Origin: Candidatus Cloacimonadota bacterium
Lineage (GTDB): Bacteria; Cloacimonadota; Cloacimonadia; Cloacimonadales; WRIO01
DNA length: 29,487 nt
Direction of reading: 5' to 3'
Assembly (NCBI GenBank): GCA_029564175.1
Contig: JAKQQL010000035.1
Location: forward strand, 1 to 29,487
Below, in pieces: positions 27,346-29,487 of the stretch (its first letter is position 1; each line of letters begins with the position of its first letter). The position numbers and the translations under genes are program-made. The notes under the pieces are model-generated. The model did not search any database. It was not told the DNA's origin and saw nothing but the letters and a program-made list of their open reading frames with translations.

Positions 27346-27997
27346 GAATAATAATTTTTCCACTTGTATTTTGAATCATCAAAACAGATTCAAGCCATTG
27401 GTAAAGTTCTTCAGTGCCTTTTTTGGATAATGAAGAAAAGGCTCGAATCTGATCTGCTTTTATGTTTAGTTCTGTTCTAAGGGTTTTTAGATAGGAAGGA
27501 ATTTTGGTTACAGGAACTTTATCAGATTTGGTAGCCACAATCGTAAAAGAAATGTTCAATGTCTTCGCAAACTCAATCATAGCAATGTCTTTTGGGTCTG
27601 CTTTATGCCGAATATCAACTAGTAATACCAGACCGGCAAGCTGTTCACGCTTTTTTAGATAGTTTTCAATCATGGTCTGCCAGGATTCTCTTTCACTTTT
27701 TGAAACCTTTGCATAACCATAACCAGGCAAATCCACCAAAGTAAAGGGCACATCCATCTCTTCAGATACATCTGTCATTTTATACTTGCAACGGATATCA
27801 AAGAAATTAACCAGTCTTGTTTTACCAGGGGTAGAACTCGTCTTGGCAAGCAGTTTTCGCTTTGTCAGACTGTTTATCATGGATGATTTACCAACATTGG
27901 ACTTACCGGCAAAGGCTATCTCCTTAAAGGCAGTCTCAGGAAAATCTACCGGATATACAGCACTTTTGATATATTGTGAATCAACTATTCTTAACAT
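27338..27997 (-). CDS. engB: Ribosome biogenesis GTPase YihA/YsxC (EngB)
   Basis: G1 GKSNVGKSS, TS.TPGKT, DLPGYGYA, TKSDK, FSS. Confidence 0.96.
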   Translation of the reverse strand: MLRIVDSQYIKSAVYPVDFPETAFKEIAFAGKSNVGKSSMINSLTKRKLLAKTSSTPGKTRLVNFFDIRCKYKMTDVSEEMDVPFTLVDLPGYGYAKVSKSERESWQTMIENYLKKREQLAGLVLLVDIRHKADPKDIAMIEFAKTLNISFTIVATKSDKVPVTKIPSYLKTLRTELNIKADQIRAFSSLSKKGTEELYQWLESVLMIQNTSGKIIIHE

Positions 27998-28368
27998 TAA
28001 ATCTCACTATAAATAACAGATGAATGGTCAGATTCCCAGACTTCCACTTCAGCAATCATACCTTCGGCTGTGTTAAATTCTTTTTTAAGTTCGTTAAATA
28101 TCACTCTGGCAATATCTTCTGAAGTTGGATTAATCTCTTTAAAACAGTCCAGATCATTTAAAAACTGATGATCAAACATTTCCATCAGATCTCTCAAATG
28201 TTTCTTGGCAATACCAAAATCAAGTGCCATACCTAAATCATCTGTTTTTGTACAGTTTATCTGGATTCTTACTTTCCAGTTATGTCCATGCAGATTTTTA
28301 CATAAACCAGGATAATTATTCAACTTATGTGCTGCTGAAAATGATGAACTTACATTTATTTTATACAT
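27997..28368 (-). CDS. queD: 6-carboxy-5,6,7,8-tetrahydropterin synthase
   Basis: FSAAH.L, C.NLHGHNW, DF, DHQFLND, NPTSE, V.VWES. Confidence 0.95.
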   Translation of the reverse strand: MYKINVSSSFSAAHKLNNYPGLCKNLHGHNWKVRIQINCTKTDDLGMALDFGIAKKHLRDLMEMFDHQFLNDLDCFKEINPTSEDIARVIFNELKKEFNTAEGMIAEVEVWESDHSSVIYSEI

Positions 28369-28394
28369 TTACATCCTCCATATTCTTCAATTCA

Positions 28395-28422
28395 ATGATA
28401 ATATAAGCAAAAAATTTGTCAA
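28395..28422 (-). promoter_or_regulatory. Sigma70 promoter of the queD-engB-tfoX unit
   Basis: TTGACA-16 nt-TATCAT on the minus strand, upstream of the GGAGG RBS. Confidence 0.65.
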
Positions 28423-28492
28423 TAACTAAAAAAGTTTCTTGCCTGATTGCCTATATTTAATTTTTGTCTTAAATTATGAGAAAGGAGATGCA

Positions 28493-29011
28493 ATGGATTT
28501 TCAATTTTACCCAATAAAAAGTCATGACCTGCCAGAAATTATGCAAATTCAAAAGGAATGCTATTCAGAAGAATTGCTCGAAAGTATGGAGTCTTTTGAA
28601 CATAAACTAAAGCTTTCACCAGACACCTGTTATCTTATAAAACATAACAACGAAACCGCTGGATATTATTTCAGTTTACCTTGTATGAAGTCTCATTTAC
28701 CATCTTTTAATGATAACCACTTTCAGATCCCTGCTCAACCGGACTGTTTGTATCTTCACGATCTTGCAATTAAAAAAGCATACCGAAAGCAAGGCATTCC
28801 AACACTTGTATTTCAGCATGTCTCACAATATGCATTTAGACTTAACATCTTTTGTTTCCGGATATTCTCTGTACAGAATACTTACGAAAAATGGAAAGCT
28901 TACGGCTTCAGAGAAGTAACAGATCTAAATCCGGAATTAACTGAAAAAATAAACAGCTTTCAAGGCAAAGCAGTATTGATGGAGCTAAACATAAGCCCTT
29001 CAGCTCTTTGA
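28493..29011 (+). CDS. GNAT-family N-acetyltransferase
   Basis: AAGGAG RBS before ATG 28493; DL..I..IQ..CY; LYLHDLAI...YRKQGI (motif A); W..YGF. Confidence 0.85.
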   Translation: MDFQFYPIKSHDLPEIMQIQKECYSEELLESMESFEHKLKLSPDTCYLIKHNNETAGYYFSLPCMKSHLPSFNDNHFQIPAQPDCLYLHDLAIKKAYRKQGIPTLVFQHVSQYAFRLNIFCFRIFSVQNTYEKWKAYGFREVTDLNPELTEKINSFQGKAVLMELNISPSAL

Positions 29012-29315
29012 TTTCTGACACTGATGATGACAGATATAGTTTTCAGACACTGATGATGCTGATTTTTACGGATTTAGGGTTTAAATCGACCAAAACCGTA
29101 CATTAAACTTTAAGGTTTTACTTCAAATGCAGTTTATTTCTTTAAGAAAATAGAAAACAACAATTTCAAAGTGTTCATTTTATAAAACCCTAAACAAAAC
29201 TTTTCAATCCGTTTCATCAGTGTTATCCGCGTCTAAAAACTACTTTTTTAAAAAACTATCCGTTTCATCAGCGTAATCAGTGTCTAAAATGCCTTTTTAA
29301 AAAACTATCCGTGTC
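29012..29315. mobile_element. MITE-like non-coding element with multi-copy inverted arms built of ~9-nt units
   Basis: Left arm GACACTGAT-GATGCTGAT-TTTTACGGAT (two copies, 29-nt period, the first partial). Right arm ATCCGT-TTC-ATCAGYG-TW-ATCMGYGTC (starts 29207, 29258, partial 29307; ~50-nt period). The arms are near reverse complements. Mobility is inferred only. Confidence 0.55.
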
Positions 29316-29320
29316 AAAAC

Positions 29321-29345
29321 AAAAAAAGCAGGTGATTAACCTGCT
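29321..29345 (-). terminator. Terminator of the tRNA-Glu operon
   Basis: Minus strand AGCAGGT-TAATC-ACCTGCT followed by TTTTTT. Confidence 0.85.
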
Positions 29346-29354
29346 AAAATTTAT

Positions 29355-29430
29355 TGGTAACCCATAGGGGAATCGAACCCCTGTTACCAGACTGAGAATC
29401 TGGAGTCCTAGGCCACTAGACGAATGGGTC
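29355..29430 (-). tRNA. tRNA-Glu(CTC)
   Basis: 76 nt GACCCATTCGTCTAGTGGCCTAGGACT-CCAGA-TTCTCAG-TCTGG-TAAC-AGGGG-TTCGATT-CCCCT-ATGGGTT-ACCA. Confidence 0.96.
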
Positions 29431-29451
29431 TTTGCGAACATATTTTTTAAA

Positions 29452-29487
29452 TGGCGACCCCTAGGGGATTCGAACCCCTGTTGCCAG
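29452..29487 (-). tRNA. Partial tRNA (3' half), probably another tRNA-Glu; anticodon lies outside the window
   Basis: CTGGCAACAGGGGTTCGAATCCCCTAGGGGTCGCCA, highly similar to the adjacent tRNA-Glu. Confidence 0.85.

Noticed and set aside
28369..28422. preQ1 riboswitch upstream of queD
   Set aside because: The leader between the predicted promoter and RBS is too short and shows no preQ1 stem with an A-rich tail.
412..28919. Remaining short ORFs in the track (e.g. 412-600, 573-794, 2537-2755, 5607-5822, 5791-5988, 13623-13829, 17157-17510, 25829-26101, 27786-28016, 28710-28919)
   Set aside because: They lie antisense to or out of frame within well-supported genes, with no recognisable motifs.
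29207..29315. Possible CRISPR array (~50-nt period)
   Set aside because: The 'spacers' are themselves near-identical, the repeats are degenerate, and they pair with an inverted left arm.

Overview
AT-rich bacterial chromosomal window of mostly housekeeping genes. The lpxC-fabZ fusion and three proteins ending in a 'YPNP..IYNIKGQK..SG(I/V)YFY' C-terminal domain suggest an FCB-group diderm, probably Cloacimonadota (inference). From left to right: the 3' part of an outer-membrane beta-barrel gene; two identical tRNA-Asp genes; a long minus-strand run (trmL, thiamine SBP, mlaE, dnaB, family-4 UDG, an acidic protein that may be a very divergent RNAP omega, gmk, gcvH, a secreted M14 carboxypeptidase, an MBL hydrolase, potD, an aroD-aroE fusion, an aroC-chorismate mutase fusion, a hypothetical); a plus-strand skp-lpxD-lpxC/fabZ-lpxA operon; two large secreted proteins (one a class-II glutamine-amidotransferase-like Ntn hydrolase); a lipoprotein, dxs, a TfoX-C protein, engB, queD, a GNAT gene and tRNA-Glu genes. 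No transposase, integrase, phage or CRISPR-Cas genes are evident. The most notable items are: (1) an exported Ntn hydrolase whose catalytic Cys would be unmasked by signal-peptide cleavage, with an (AT)8 tract filling its putative promoter spacer; (2) the omega-like protein with an acidic tail; (3) several families of small intergenic palindromic or inverted-repeat elements (REP/REPIN-like doublets and a MITE-like element with ~9-nt periodic arms); (4) two shikimate-pathway fusions.
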